A stretch of 64,000 bases of DNA. Origin: an uncultured delta proteobacterium. Lineage in GTDB: Bacteria; Desulfobacterota; Syntrophia; Syntrophales; UBA2185. Location: positions 96,001 through 160,000 of the forward strand of contig CAVOID010000004.1 of assembly GCA_963695875.1 (NCBI GenBank), in the 5' to 3' direction. Below the pieces are notes generated by a model. It had not been told where the DNA came from. It was given only the letters and a program-made list of their open reading frames with translations, and ran no database searches. Below are positions 21,254 through 32,372 of this stretch, one piece after another. Made by a program: the position numbers and the translations under genes. The stretch's first letter is position 1. The number at the start of each line of letters is the position of its first letter.

Positions 21254-24200
21254 ATGGATGTTAGCAGAAGAGGTTTCTTGAAGATCTCCAGTGCGGTCCT
21301 GGCGGCAAGCGGAATAGGCATAAGCCTGAAGCCCGTCTCCGCCCATGCCCAGCCACTGAAGATCAAGTATGCTAAAGAGACCACAACGATTTGTCCTTAC
21401 TGCTCCGTCGGATGCAGCATAATCGTATCCACGCGGGAAGGCAAGGTCATCAACACGGAAGGCGACCCTGACAGCCCCATTAACAAAGGTTCTCTGTGCA
21501 GCAAGGGCGGATCCATCTACCAGATGTCTGTCAACGAAAACCGTCTGGGGAAACCTCTCTATAGAGCACCCAATGCCACGGAATGGAAGGAAGTGGAATG
21601 GGAATGGGCGCTTGAGAAGATTGCAGAAAATGTCAAGAAGAGCCGTGATGCAAGCTTCAAGGTCAAAAACGATAAGGGCGAAATAGTCAACCGCACGGAA
21701 GGTATCGCCTCTGTCGGCAGCGCCGCCATGGATCTCGAGGAGTGTTTCACTTATCAGAAATTCTTAAGGGGGTTGGGTCTGGTCTATATCGAACACCAGG
21801 CCCGTATCTGACACAGCCCAACTGTACCGGCTCTGGCAGAGTCGTTCGGACGCGGCGCAATGACCAATCACTGGGTTGATTTTAAGAATGCTGATGTAAT
21901 TTTGATCATGGGAAGCAACCCCGCTTCCAACCATCCCGTTTCCTTCAAATGGGTACAGGATGCCATGGACAAGAGGGGAGCGAAGGTGATCTGCGTGGAC
22001 CCGAGGTTCACCCAGTCTGCGGCGAAGGCCCATGTCTATGCCCCCATGCGATCGGGGACGGATATCGCCATCCTCGGCGGTATGATCAAGTATATCATCG
22101 AGAACAATCTTTATTTCGAGGAATATGTGAAGAATTACACCAATGCTTCCTTCCTGGTGAATCCCGCTTTTAAACTTCCCGGCGATAACAACGGCGTCTT
22201 TTCCGGCTTGGAAGGCAGTAAGTACAATAAGGATACCTGGTCCTATCAGACGGACGCTGATGGGGTCATCAAGAAGGACCCGAGCCTTCAGGATCCCAAC
22301 TGTGTGTTCCAGCTCCTGAAAAAGCACTATTCCCGTTACACCCTTGATATCGTATCCAGGATAAGCGGGACACCCAAGGATAAGCTGGAAGAAATATATA
22401 AAATATACGGGAGTACCGGAAAACCCGACAAGGCCGGTGTTGAGCTTTACGCCATGGGCTGGACACAGCATACCGTCGGAACGCAGATGATCCGCACCAT
22501 GTGCATCATCCAGCTCCTCCTCGGCAACATGGGCATCGCCGGCGGCGGCGTCGCAGCCATGCGCGGTGAGTCCAATGTTCAGGGCTCCACGGATCATGGC
22601 CTGCTGTTCCATATCTGGCCGGGCTATCTCGGAGCTCCCACGGCTTCTCTGACAGACCCTGAAGGAGTTTAACGAAAAGCGGACACCCACCACAAAGGAG
22701 AAAAACAGCCTGAACTGGTGGAAAAATTTCCCCAAGTACTCCGCCAGTTTCCTGCGGTCCATGTACGGGATGAATGCCACCCTCGAAGAGGCCTATGCCA
22801 TCATGCCCAAACTGGATGACGGCGTCAATTATTCATGGCTCATGATCTTCGACCAGATGTACAAGGGAAAGTTTACCGGCTTCTTCGCCTGGGGCATGAA
22901 CCCGGCCTGCAGCGGCGCCCATTCGAATAAGGTCAGACAGGCCTAGGCAAACTGGACTGGATGGTCAATGTCAATCTCTTCGACAATGAAACCGGTTCGT
23001 TCTGGAGAGGCCCCGGCATGGATCCGACCAAGATCAAGACCGAGGTCTTCATGCTGCCCTGCGCCTCCTCCATCGAGAAGGAAGGAAGCCTCGCCAACAG
23101 CGGCCGTTTGATGCAGTGGCGCTACAAGGCGGTCAATCCCCCCGGAGTGGCCATGCCCGATGGCGACATCATGAGCGAGATCTTCTTCAAGGTCAAAGAA
23201 CTTTACGAAAAGCAGGGCGGCCCCCATAAGGAAGCCATCACGAAGCTCACCTGGCCTTATGGCAAGAAGACACTTTCCGGCCACTTCCACTATGATCCTC
23301 ATATGGTGGCCAAAGAGATCAACGGGTTCTTCCTCGACGGACAAGAAGGTCGAGAATCCCACGAAGAAGGGTGACTTCAAGGAGTTCAAGAAGGGCGACC
23401 CTGTTCCCACATTCGCCTGGCTCCAGGATGACGGTTCCACCTCATCAGGCTGCTGGGTCTACTGCGGTTCCTATGCCGATAAAGGCAATATGACCGCCCG
23501 CCGGGGGCAGAGTGATCCCACCGGTATCGGTCTCTATCCCGAATGGGCCTGGAGCCTGGCCTGTCAACCGCAGAATTATTTACAATGGCGCCTCCGTGGA
23601 TCCGAACGGCAAGCCCTGGGATCCCAAACGTGCTGTCATCACATGGAACGGCGAGAAATGGGTGGGCGATGTACCTGACGGCGTCGGCGATCCCGGTTCG
23701 GGAAGACCGCCATTCATCATGAAGCCGGACGGCGTGGCCAGTCTCTTTGGGCCGGGTCTGGTGGACGGTCCTTTCCCGGAGCATTACGAACCACTCGAAT
23801 GTCCGGTGGAAAAGAATCTCATGTCACCCCAGAAGCACAACCCGGCAATCCGCCGCTTTGACAAACCCGGCGTCGGCTCCGAGATGGATGTTTATTCCGG
23901 TGTTACAGGGTGTGACCCGCGGTTCCCCTTCATTTGCAGTACATATCGCGTCAGCGAACACTGGCAGACGGGTGTGCTGACGAGATGGTGCCCGTGGCTG
24001 GCGGAGATGCAGCCGGGCATGTTTGTGGAGATGAGCGTTGAATTGGCCAGGGAAAAGGAGATTAAAAATGGCGAGAAGGTGATCGTAAAATCCGCCCGTG
24101 GTGAAGTTGAGGCTACGGCCATTGTCACGCCAAGATTTAAACCTTTCAATATCGATGGCAACATTATTCACGAAGTGGGTATTCCCTGGCACTTCGGTTG

Positions 24201-24374
24201 GATCACTCAGGCAAGGCCGAAGAAGCACATATAGCAAGATAGACAAAAAGCCTGAGGTATTTACCTACGGCGATGCGGCCAATCTGCTGACGCCGACCAT
24301 CGGCGACGCCAATACCATGATACCGGAGAGCAAGGCCTTCATGGTCAATGTGGTGAAGAAGGGGGTGAAGATAA
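21254..24374 (+). CDS. fdnG: Selenocysteine-containing formate dehydrogenase alpha subunit (Tat-exported; several frameshifts; end approximate)
   Basis: SRRGFLK Tat signal; CPYCSVGC...LCSKG Fe-S motif; EHQARI-UGA-HSPTVPALAESFGRGAMTNHW; RGESNVQG; PFPEHYEP; ANLLTPTIGDANT. Confidence 0.92.
21809..21843 (+). promoter_or_regulatory. Sec UGA codon plus bacterial SECIS hairpin
   Basis: TGA at 21809-21811 sits at the catalytic Cys/Sec position; hairpin GGCTCT-GGC-AGAGTC at 21829-21843 has a G-led apical loop 24 nt downstream. Confidence 0.8.
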
Positions 24375-25170
24375 ATGGCAGAAAAAATAAAACTCTTCGA
24401 TACATCAAAATGTACCGGCTGCCGCAGCTGCCAGTTGGCCTGCAAGCAGTGGAATCAATTGCAGGCAAAGCAGACAAGGCATAGGGGAACTTATCAGAAT
24501 CCACCGGATCTTCAGCCGAACACCTACCTTATCATGAGATTTCAGGAGATGGCGGATCCCAAGGCCGGAGTTAAATGGTTTTTCCGGCATCATGCCTGCA
24601 TGCACTGCACCGATGCGGCCTGCGTGAAGGTATGCCCGTCAGGAGCTCTTTACTATACGGATATGAAAACCGTCGGTCTGAATCGTAGTATATGCATCGC
24701 CTGCAAGGAATGCATCTCGGCCTGTCCCTTTGATATTCCGAGATACGATGACAAAGACCGATAAAATCTATAAGTGCGATATGTGTGAAAGCAGGATTTA
24801 CAATAATATGGAGCCTGCCTGCGCCAAGGCCTGTCCTACGGGCGCTCTCGTCTGGGGGGACAAGGATCGTTTGATCAAAGCGGCCTATAAAAGGGCAAAG
24901 GATCTTGGCGGTACAGCCAATGTCTACGGGGATAAATTCGTAGATAGCACTCATCTGGTTTACGTGCTTCAGGAAAATCCGGCTGTTTATTCTGCCCTCC
25001 CCACTAATCCGGCAGTGCCTCTCTCTATCGTTCTCTGGAAGGATGTGCTGAAACCATTGAGTCTGCTTGCGGCAGGCGGCGTGCTGGCGGGATCGTTCCT
25101 GCATTATATCATCCACGGGCCGAAGACCCCTGATGAGAACGGCGCGGAAAAGAAGGAAGGGGGTAAATAA
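24375..25170 (+). CDS. fdnH: Formate dehydrogenase iron-sulfur beta subunit (one frameshift)
   Basis: CTGCRSCQLACK, CMHCTDAACVKVCP, CIACKECISACP, KCDMC...PACAKACP; C-terminal TM anchor. Confidence 0.9.
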
Positions 25171-25172
25171 TC

Positions 25173-25837
25173 ATGAAGAAAGGATTAATTCAGGCAACAG
25201 ATTGGTATGAGAGATTAGTTCACTGGATGCTGGCGCTTTCCTGCCTGTTCCTGTGTATTACGGGACTGGCGATGATGTTTCATTCCTTCAACTCTATTGC
25301 GAACCTCATGGGCGGACTCAGGCTACTGAAATATCTGCACAACTTTACGGGTCTTTTCTTCGGCTTGGCCCTTCTTCTCGCCATTAAGATGTGGTGGCAT
25401 GAGGCGGGCGTATTTTCCATGCCGGAGGATCTGGAATGGATAAAGGTCGCCGGAGGCTATCTCTGGCATGTGGATCAGGTTCCCGAGGTAGGGAAATACA
25501 ATCCCGGTCAGAAGATGTTCTTCCTGGCCGTGGCCATCTTCGGCGTGATCATGGTGATTACGGGACTGATCATGTGGTTTCCCTCTGATGTTCCCCGCGT
25601 GGCTCGTGCGATGGCTGTTTGTGCTCCATGCCCTGGGGTTCGTGGTGATCTTACCGTTTTTCTTTGTGCATCTCTATCTGGGGACCATCGGTTCTCCCGG
25701 TTCCGCCCGTGCGATGTTCGACGGGCTGGGTTACGAGGGCCTGGCTGAAGAAGCAGCATCCCAAGTGGTTGAAGGAGATGGAAGAAGAGGGGACGCTTGT
25801 GGTTTCCGGCGAGGAGAAGAGCACACTGATATATTGA
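25173..25837 (+). CDS. fdnI: Formate dehydrogenase cytochrome b gamma subunit (frameshifted)
   Basis: ERLVHW, LHNF, GKYNPGQK, VLHA...VHLY and WLKKQHPKW motifs. Confidence 0.88.
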
Positions 25838-25856
25838 TAAATTTAGAAGTGTACTG

Positions 25857-25893
25857 AAAGAGCGCTGTCCATTCCGGGCAGCGCTCTTTTTTT
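25857..25893 (+). terminator. Rho-independent terminator after fdnI
   Basis: AAAGAGCGCTGTCC-ATTCC-GGGCAGCGCTCTTTTTTT. Confidence 0.8.
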
Positions 25894-26001
25894 CGTCTTC
25901 AAATAACAGGAAGTGTCGGACGAGACGCCCAACTACGCAATAGTAGGACAGGCGTCCCGCCTGTCTTCAGTATTAGTATCTACTTGTGTAAGCTCGCGTT
26001 G

Positions 26002-26103
26002 TGTCATTTCGACCGCAGGGAGAAATCCTTGTCCTGACCTCAGGGAGGGATCTATTCAATGATATTATAGATTTCTCAGTCACTCCGTTCCTTCGAAATG
26101 ACA
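26002..26103. repeat. REPIN/MITE-like inverted-repeat element, copy A
   Basis: TGTCATTTCGACCGCAGGGAGAAATC...GATTTCTCAGTCACTCCGTTCCTTCGAAATGACA; ends shared with 34867-34944. Confidence 0.75.
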
Positions 26104-26310
26104 CCTTTTTCTGCAGGTTGGTACTAACGAATAGAGTTTATCTTTGATTCTCTTGATGATTCAGAATTAAGAAATAGTCGATCTGCGAAAAGAGTTTGAC
26201 TCTGACCGCTGTTCTCTGGCATAAAAAAAAGTATATGCACGCCGTATCTGACGGATGAGACCCTTGCATAACGCGCCTACAAATTCCTTTTTTTATCTCC
26301 ACCATTCAGG

Positions 26311-26445
26311 GACCTTTTAGGTCATAGTAATGTGAAGACCACACAACGCTTCTGTCGGATATCAAACCTGAAAGTGCAGAGGGATTACTTCAATGCGATG
26401 GAGGTGATTATGCTACGAACGGTTGGCAACCCAGATAATCCTTGA
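26311..26445 (+). pseudogene. 3' remnant of a tyrosine recombinase/integrase
   Basis: DLLGHSNVKTTQRFCRISNLKVQRDYFNAMEVIM matches integrase box II (LLGH...TTQxY) with the catalytic Tyr replaced by Phe; no 5' part. Confidence 0.7.
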
Positions 26446-27140
26446 CGAAAGAACAAAAATATGAAACCTTAAACAACATCTAACACATTAACATCAATAA
26501 GAAAATCAGATTATATTACGTATAGCAAATACAAATCGTGACAGTCTTCCAATCGATAGATTTGCTTAATGCCAGTTGAAAGACACAAGGTTTAAGCAGT
26601 TCAATTATTCCTTAAGGGAAAATATTCCTGTCTTCCCGAAATGGTCATATTAGGATTTTCCGTAAAGATACACGTTTTCAAACGGTAATTATTGTTGACT
26701 GTTATTGGCTTATTTCTTAACGACAGCAACGAGATATTCCAGACTTTGAGTGGCAATCAAAGATATATTCTCTGGCCACCCACTTTGCCGTTGACAAATT
26801 ATTGTTTTCTACTATAGTTAATCGAGAATTGCTTGTTCTTACCCTGTTTATCTCATCTATTCCAGCTGTACGTTAGTCCTCCTGACACTCACTTACTTCT
26901 TGATTATCAAACTGTCGTTGCAATTGCAGTAAAATGCCCTCTTATTCTTTGATGAACACAAATCAATAATCGGAAGGGGGATCAAATGACGACATCAACA
27001 ATAAACAGAAATTCTATAATCTCCCGCAAACAGAACTCCGCCTGGCGAAACTGGTGAAGGAGCAATACGGCCCTTATATAGGCAGGTATCGATGAAATTC
27101 GTGTCATTTGCGGCAAAAAACTCGACGAGGAGGTGTTGAG

Positions 27141-27449
27141 ATGGCATTGAAAGCAGCATTTATTTTCTTGGCGCCGGACGTGGACCCGGCGAAGCATCGA
27201 TCCACAGTGGTGACGCCTGCCGTGGAATTGACGGCGATCGCGGCCCGTAACTATGCCGAGGCGGAGAAGGTAGCCCAGGGACTGGTGGCTGAAGGCGTGC
27301 AGGCGATCGAGTTGTGCGGCGGGTTCGGCAATGTAGGGACGGCCCGGATCGTCAAGGCGGTCGCCGGCAAGGCGGCTGTTGGGGCAGTTCGCTTCGATGG
27401 ACACCCCGGGCTGGGGGGCAAAAGCGGCGATGAGCTGTTTGAAGGATAA
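27141..27449 (+). CDS. DUF6506-like small protein
   Basis: MALKAAFIFLAP...QAIELCGGFG...VRFDGHPGL; AGGAGG RBS. Confidence 0.7.
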   Translation: MALKAAFIFLAPDVDPAKHRSTVVTPAVELTAIAARNYAEAEKVAQGLVAEGVQAIELCGGFGNVGTARIVKAVAGKAAVGAVRFDGHPGLGGKSGDELFEG

Positions 27450-27453
27450 ATAG

Positions 27454-27615
27454 CGTGGCGAGGGTCTGAAAGAGTACTCGGAGCTGATAACACTTGGGGG
27501 TCTGGTGGAGACCCTGGAAGACTTGGCCTGCATTGTCTCCTACCTGGTGTCGAGCGATGCTGACTGTATGACGGGTCAGTAGGTCCTGATCAACGGTGTA
27601 ATTGTTATGGTTTAA
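27454..27615 (+). pseudogene. 3' remnant of an acetoin reductase/2,3-butanediol dehydrogenase-like SDR
   Basis: KEYSELITLGGLVETLEDLACIVSYLVSSDADCMTGQ*VLINGVIVMV* resembles the BudC C-terminus ([39 protein letters not shown]); in-frame TAG at 27580-27582. Confidence 0.65.
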
Positions 27616-27821
27616 GAGGTTTTTGAATGAAGAACCCGGTCAGTCTTTATCTAATTTCAGGACAGAGACTGATCAGGACGAGCTTAATAAAACAAGGAGG
27701 TAGATGTCACATAAAGAAAATATATCTAAAATAAATTCGTGGACTTGATTACTTATACCACCCCGGTCTGGGTGGGAAGAGCTGATAAGATGAACTTTTA
27801 TAGAAAGAAAGGAGGCAAACT

Positions 27822-28790
27822 ATGGCTGAAATCACCAAGGACAAACTGCTCTGGATCTATGAACGTATGCGGCTTATCCGCGAGTTCGAAAACCGGGCAG
27901 CCGCGTTGTTTGCTCAGGGCAAAGTGCCGGGTTTTGTGCACCTGTACGCCGGCCAAGAGGCCATCGCCGTCGGGGTATGCGCCCTCCTGAGCGACCGCGA
28001 TTACATCACTTCGACGCATCGCGGCCACGGCCACTGCATCGCCAAGGGTGTGGACATCAAGGAGATGATGTGCGAGCTGTACGGAAAAAAGAACGGCTCA
28101 TGCAAAGGTAAGGGCGGCTCGATGCACATCGCCGATGTAGACAAAGGCATGTTGGGCGCAAACGGGATCGTCGGCGCAGGCGGCCCGTTGGCCTGTGGCG
28201 CGGGCCTGACGGCCAAGGTCAAAAAAACGGATCAGGTGACCATCTGCTTCTTTGGCGACGGCGCCGCCGAGCAGGGCACGATGCACGAGGCAATGAACCT
28301 GGCGGCCATCTGGAAGCTGCCGGTTATCTTTGTCTGCGAAAACAACGGCTATGCCCAAACGACGCCATCGTGTTACCACTGCTCCGCCGTTGACATTGCC
28401 GACCGGGCGACGGCTTACAACATGCCGGGCTTCGGTGTGGACGGCACCGACCTGTTCGCCGTCTATGAAGCCGCCGATGAAGCCATCGCGCGGGCGCGGC
28501 GCGGTGAGGGGCCAACGCTCATCGAGTGCAAAGCTTTCCGCTACTATGGTCACTTCGAGGGCGATAACCTAAGCTATTTCACAGAAGAGGAAAGGGCCGG
28601 GCAAAAGACGCGCGACCCGATTGACAAGTTCACCAAGCGCGTGACCGAGCGCAAACTGCTGTCGGAAGCCGAGCTGGCCAAAATTGACGCCCGCGCCAAG
28701 GTGGTCCTTGACGAGGCCGTCCAATTAGCCGAGCAATCGCCTTATCCAGCCCTGGAAGAGGTCCTGACAGACGTTTATGTAAGCTACTAG
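27822..28790 (+). CDS. acoA: TPP-dependent acetoin dehydrogenase E1 alpha subunit
   Basis: PGFVHLYAGQEA, STHRGHGH, GKGGSMH, FFGDGA...CENN (TPP motif), RYYGHFEGD. Confidence 0.85.
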   Translation: MAEITKDKLLWIYERMRLIREFENRAAALFAQGKVPGFVHLYAGQEAIAVGVCALLSDRDYITSTHRGHGHCIAKGVDIKEMMCELYGKKNGSCKGKGGSMHIADVDKGMLGANGIVGAGGPLACGAGLTAKVKKTDQVTICFFGDGAAEQGTMHEAMNLAAIWKLPVIFVCENNGYAQTTPSCYHCSAVDIADRATAYNMPGFGVDGTDLFAVYEAADEAIARARRGEGPTLIECKAFRYYGHFEGDNLSYFTEEERAGQKTRDPIDKFTKRVTERKLLSEAELAKIDARAKVVLDEAVQLAEQSPYPALEEVLTDVYVSY

Positions 28791-28801
28791 GAGGTGTTGT
28801 C

Positions 28802-29821
28802 ATGACTACCCGAACTATTACTTACCGTGAAGCAATCAATGAGGCCATGCGGCTGGAAATGCGCCGTGATTTCAATGTGATTCTGATGGGCGAGGACGTG
28901 GCAGGAGGCGCGTCCACTCACCTGGAGGAAAAGGGAGAGGAAGCGTGGGGCGGTGACCTGGGCGTCACCAAGGGCCTCGTCCAGGAGTTTGGCCGGATGC
29001 GCGTGTTCGACACACCCATCAGTGAATCGTCGTTCATCGGCGCGGCCGTCGGCGCGGCTTCCACCGGTCTGCGCCCCATCGCCGAGTTGATGTTTGTAGA
29101 CTTTTTAGGCGTATGCCTGGATCAGATTTTCAACCAAGGCGGCAAGATGCGCTACATGTTCGGCGGCAAGGCCAAGGTGCCGATGGTGATCCGCACGCTG
29201 TACGGCGCCGGCTTTCGCGCAGCCGCCCAGCATTCGGCTGTGCTTTATTCGGTTTTTACACACATGCCGGGCCTCAAGGTCGTCGCGCCCTCAACACCAT
29301 ACAATGCCAAGGGCCTGCTCATGGCGGCCATCCGCGACGACGACCCGGTGATTTACATGGAACATCTTGTACTGCTCGACTCGTCGGGACCGGTGCCTGA
29401 GGGCGAATATATCGTCCCGCTCGGCAAGGCCGAGATCGCCCGCACCGGCAAGGACGTGACCCTGGTCGCCATCGGCCGCATGAGGCTGTTTGCCCTGCAA
29501 GCGGCAGAAGCTCTGGCGAAGGACGGTATTGACGTCGAAGTTGTTGACCCACAGAGTCTCTCACCGCTGGACGAAAGCACCATTCTCGAATCGGTCAAAA
29601 AGACTCACCGTCTGGTGGTCGTGGACGAGAGCAATCCGCGCTGCAGTGTTGCCAATGACATTGTCACGCTGGCCGCTCAGCAGGCATTTGCCTACCTGGA
29701 CTCGGCGCCGCGAACGGTCACTGCACCACACACACCGGTGCCATTCAGCCCGCCGCTGGAGGATGCCTACATCCCCAGCCCGGCCAAGATCGTTGCCGCT
29801 GTCAAGGCGGCTGTCGCATAA
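28802..29821 (+). CDS. acoB: TPP-dependent acetoin dehydrogenase E1 beta subunit
   Basis: MGEDVAGG...AWGG, DTPISE, ELMFVDF, RYMFGGKA, AAAQHS, TPVPFSPPLE. Confidence 0.85.
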   Translation: MTTRTITYREAINEAMRLEMRRDFNVILMGEDVAGGASTHLEEKGEEAWGGDLGVTKGLVQEFGRMRVFDTPISESSFIGAAVGAASTGLRPIAELMFVDFLGVCLDQIFNQGGKMRYMFGGKAKVPMVIRTLYGAGFRAAAQHSAVLYSVFTHMPGLKVVAPSTPYNAKGLLMAAIRDDDPVIYMEHLVLLDSSGPVPEGEYIVPLGKAEIARTGKDVTLVAIGRMRLFALQAAEALAKDGIDVEVVDPQSLSPLDESTILESVKKTHRLVVVDESNPRCSVANDIVTLAAQQAFAYLDSAPRTVTAPHTPVPFSPPLEDAYIPSPAKIVAAVKAAVA

Positions 29822-30016
29822 CCATGGTTGTCACTCGGCTATCAGTTTTGACCAACGACGCATGAATCAGGCTGATAGCTGAGTGCTTTTAAGGGCAGCA
29901 CCGCCCAAGCAACTCATGTTTTCATAAGACTTGCGTGGAGACATTTGAAAGCTCCGGATGTACTCTACGGAGCGGAGCATTGTAAAGAGAACTTTAACTA
30001 TGAAGAAAGACACTCC

Positions 30017-31024
30017 ATGTCGCATGTAGGAATCATCGCCAACCCGGCTTCCGGTAAGGACATCCGCCGCCTGGTCGCCCATGCGTCGGTGTTCAATAAC
30101 AACGAAAAGGTCAACATTCTGCAGCGGGTGCTGCTGGCTCTGGACGCCATCGGCATTGATCGGGTGAGCATCATGCCCGATTACTATGGCATCGGAGAAA
30201 GGGCGTTGGATGGCTTGAGACTGTCCTCGCTGCGCGCCGGCATTCTGGATATGCCGATGACATCAACCGAAGATGATTCGATTGCGGCGGCAAAGCAGCT
30301 GAGTGAAATGAATGTCGGCAGCATCGTGGTTTTGGGCGGCGACGGCACTAACCGCGTCGTGGGAAAAGGCAGCGGCTGCGTTCCCATCGTGACGATCTCT
30401 ACCGGCACGAATAACGTCTTTCCGGTGATGGTCGAAGGCACCGTCGCGGGGATGGCCGCCGGATTAGTCGCGCTGGGCGCAGTGGATGCGGAGGCAGTGA
30501 CTTATCAAGCCAAGCGGCTGGAAGTGTATATTGACGGCAAGCTGGCGGACATTGCGCTGGTGGACGTACTGGCCAGTTCTGATCTGTGGATTGCCGCGCG
30601 GGCCATCTGGGACCACAGCCATATCCAGGAAATTGTCCTGGCGCGCGCAGATCCGGGCAGCATCGGCCTGTCTTCGGTCGGCAGCTGCTTTCAGGCGTTG
30701 AGCGCCCGCGATGGGTATGGGATGTACCTGGCGCTCGGCCACGGCGGCACACAGGTGCTCGCCCCAATAGGGCCGGGATTGGTTACGCGAGTCCCTATTC
30801 GGGAACACCATCTGGTGCCTGTGGGGGGCACGGTGACACTGAGTTCCGATCCCCGCACCATTGCCCTCGATGGCGAGCGCTCTATAGAGGTATACGGCAC
30901 GCGGACGATCACCGTCCAACTGACAAATAACGGCCCCCGCGTCGTGGATATTGCCCGCTGCATGGAAGAAGCCACCCGCTGCGGAGTTTTTCAACGGCTT
31001 GGCAACTCGAAAGAGAGGGATTGA
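30017..31024 (+). CDS. acoX: AcoX, NAD-kinase-like acetoin catabolism protein
   Basis: VGIIANPASGKDIRRLVA, LGGDGTNR, STGTNNVFP, ALDGER. Confidence 0.8.
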   Translation: MSHVGIIANPASGKDIRRLVAHASVFNNNEKVNILQRVLLALDAIGIDRVSIMPDYYGIGERALDGLRLSSLRAGILDMPMTSTEDDSIAAAKQLSEMNVGSIVVLGGDGTNRVVGKGSGCVPIVTISTGTNNVFPVMVEGTVAGMAAGLVALGAVDAEAVTYQAKRLEVYIDGKLADIALVDVLASSDLWIAARAIWDHSHIQEIVLARADPGSIGLSSVGSCFQALSARDGYGMYLALGHGGTQVLAPIGPGLVTRVPIREHHLVPVGGTVTLSSDPRTIALDGERSIEVYGTRTITVQLTNNGPRVVDIARCMEEATRCGVFQRLGNSKERD

Positions 31025-31027
31025 TCT

Positions 31028-32334
31028 GTGGCGATTAAGATAATCATGCCCAAGTTAGGCATGGCGATGACCGAAGGAATTGTCGCCAAGTGGAACAAGC
31101 GTGACGGCGACTGGGTGAACAAGGACGAAGAGATCGCCGTCGTGATGAGCAAAAAGATCACTTACAAGCTCAAAGCGCCTGAGGCGGGCGTGCTGCGCAT
31201 CATTGTCAGGGAGAAAGAAACGCGGCCCATAAACTCAGTCCTCGCTTTCATCACTGCGGAAGGCGAGCCGGTCCCGGCAGTCGATGATGTCGCTCCGGCA
31301 GCAGCCGCTGCGGCAGTGACGACTGCGGCTTCCACTCCGGCCGCTCCGCCACCGGCCAAGCCCGGCTTTGTGTTGGCTTCCCCGGCTGCTCGCCGACTGG
31401 CAAAGGAGAAGTGCATTGACTTGGCTCAAGTGAAGGCCACTGGGCCCGATAGCATGGTGACCGAGGTAGACGTAACGCGCTTTATCGAAGAAATTGCTCA
31501 ATCCGCCTCGGTGCTGGCGACCCCGGTTGCCCGTAAGCTCGCCGAGCAGCGCGGGCTGAAACTGGCCGATATCCCCGGCACCGGCATCGGCGGACGGATC
31601 ACCGAGCAGGATGTTCTGGACTTTGAAGCGCAGGCTAAAGCCCCATCAGCGGCCACGCCTGCAGCCCGCATCATCCCGTTCGTCGGAATGCGCCAGGCCA
31701 TCGCCGAACACATGGTCGAGAGCCTGCACAACATGGCTCAACTGACCATGATGATGGAAGTGGATGTCACCGACCTGGTCAGGTTGCGCGAGCAGGTCAA
31801 GGCCGATTTTGATGTGACATACACTGATTTAGCCGGTCAAGGCCGTAGCCAAGACGCTCAAGCTTCATCCGATGCTGAACGCGACGCTTATCGGCGACGA
31901 GGTTCATCAGACTCGAATCCATTCACATCGGCGTCGCCGTGGCGCTGCAAGATGGGCTGATTGTCCCCGTTGTGCGCGACGCCGACAAGCGGACAGTACA
32001 GGAAATCGCCCGGGAAGTCCGGCGACTGGCGCAGGGAGCGCGGGACGACACGCTGACGGTGGACGAAGTGACGGGCAGCACCTTCACCATCACCAACCTG
32101 GGCACCTATGGCATTGACGGCTTTACGCCCATCATCAATTCGCCGGAGGCCGCGATCCTGGGTGTGGGCCGCATCGTCGAGCGGGTGGTCGTCCACGACG
32201 ACCAGATCGCCCGGCGGAAGATGATGGTGCTCAGCCTGACAATAGATCATCGCCTGATTGATGGCGCGACGGGCGCCGAGTTCATGCGGTCGCTCAAGGA
32301 GATGATAGAGAATCCGTACCGGCTGCTTGTGTGA
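31028..32334 (+). CDS. acoC: Dihydrolipoamide acetyltransferase E2 (one lipoyl domain, two E3-binding domains; frameshifted near 31830-31915)
   Basis: MPKLGMAMTEG; ASPAARRLA and ATPVARKLA repeats; GSTFTITNLG; DHRLIDG. Confidence 0.88.
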
Positions 32335-32372
32335 GGATTGCCCGGTGGATGTGCAACCGGAAAGCTTGAACC

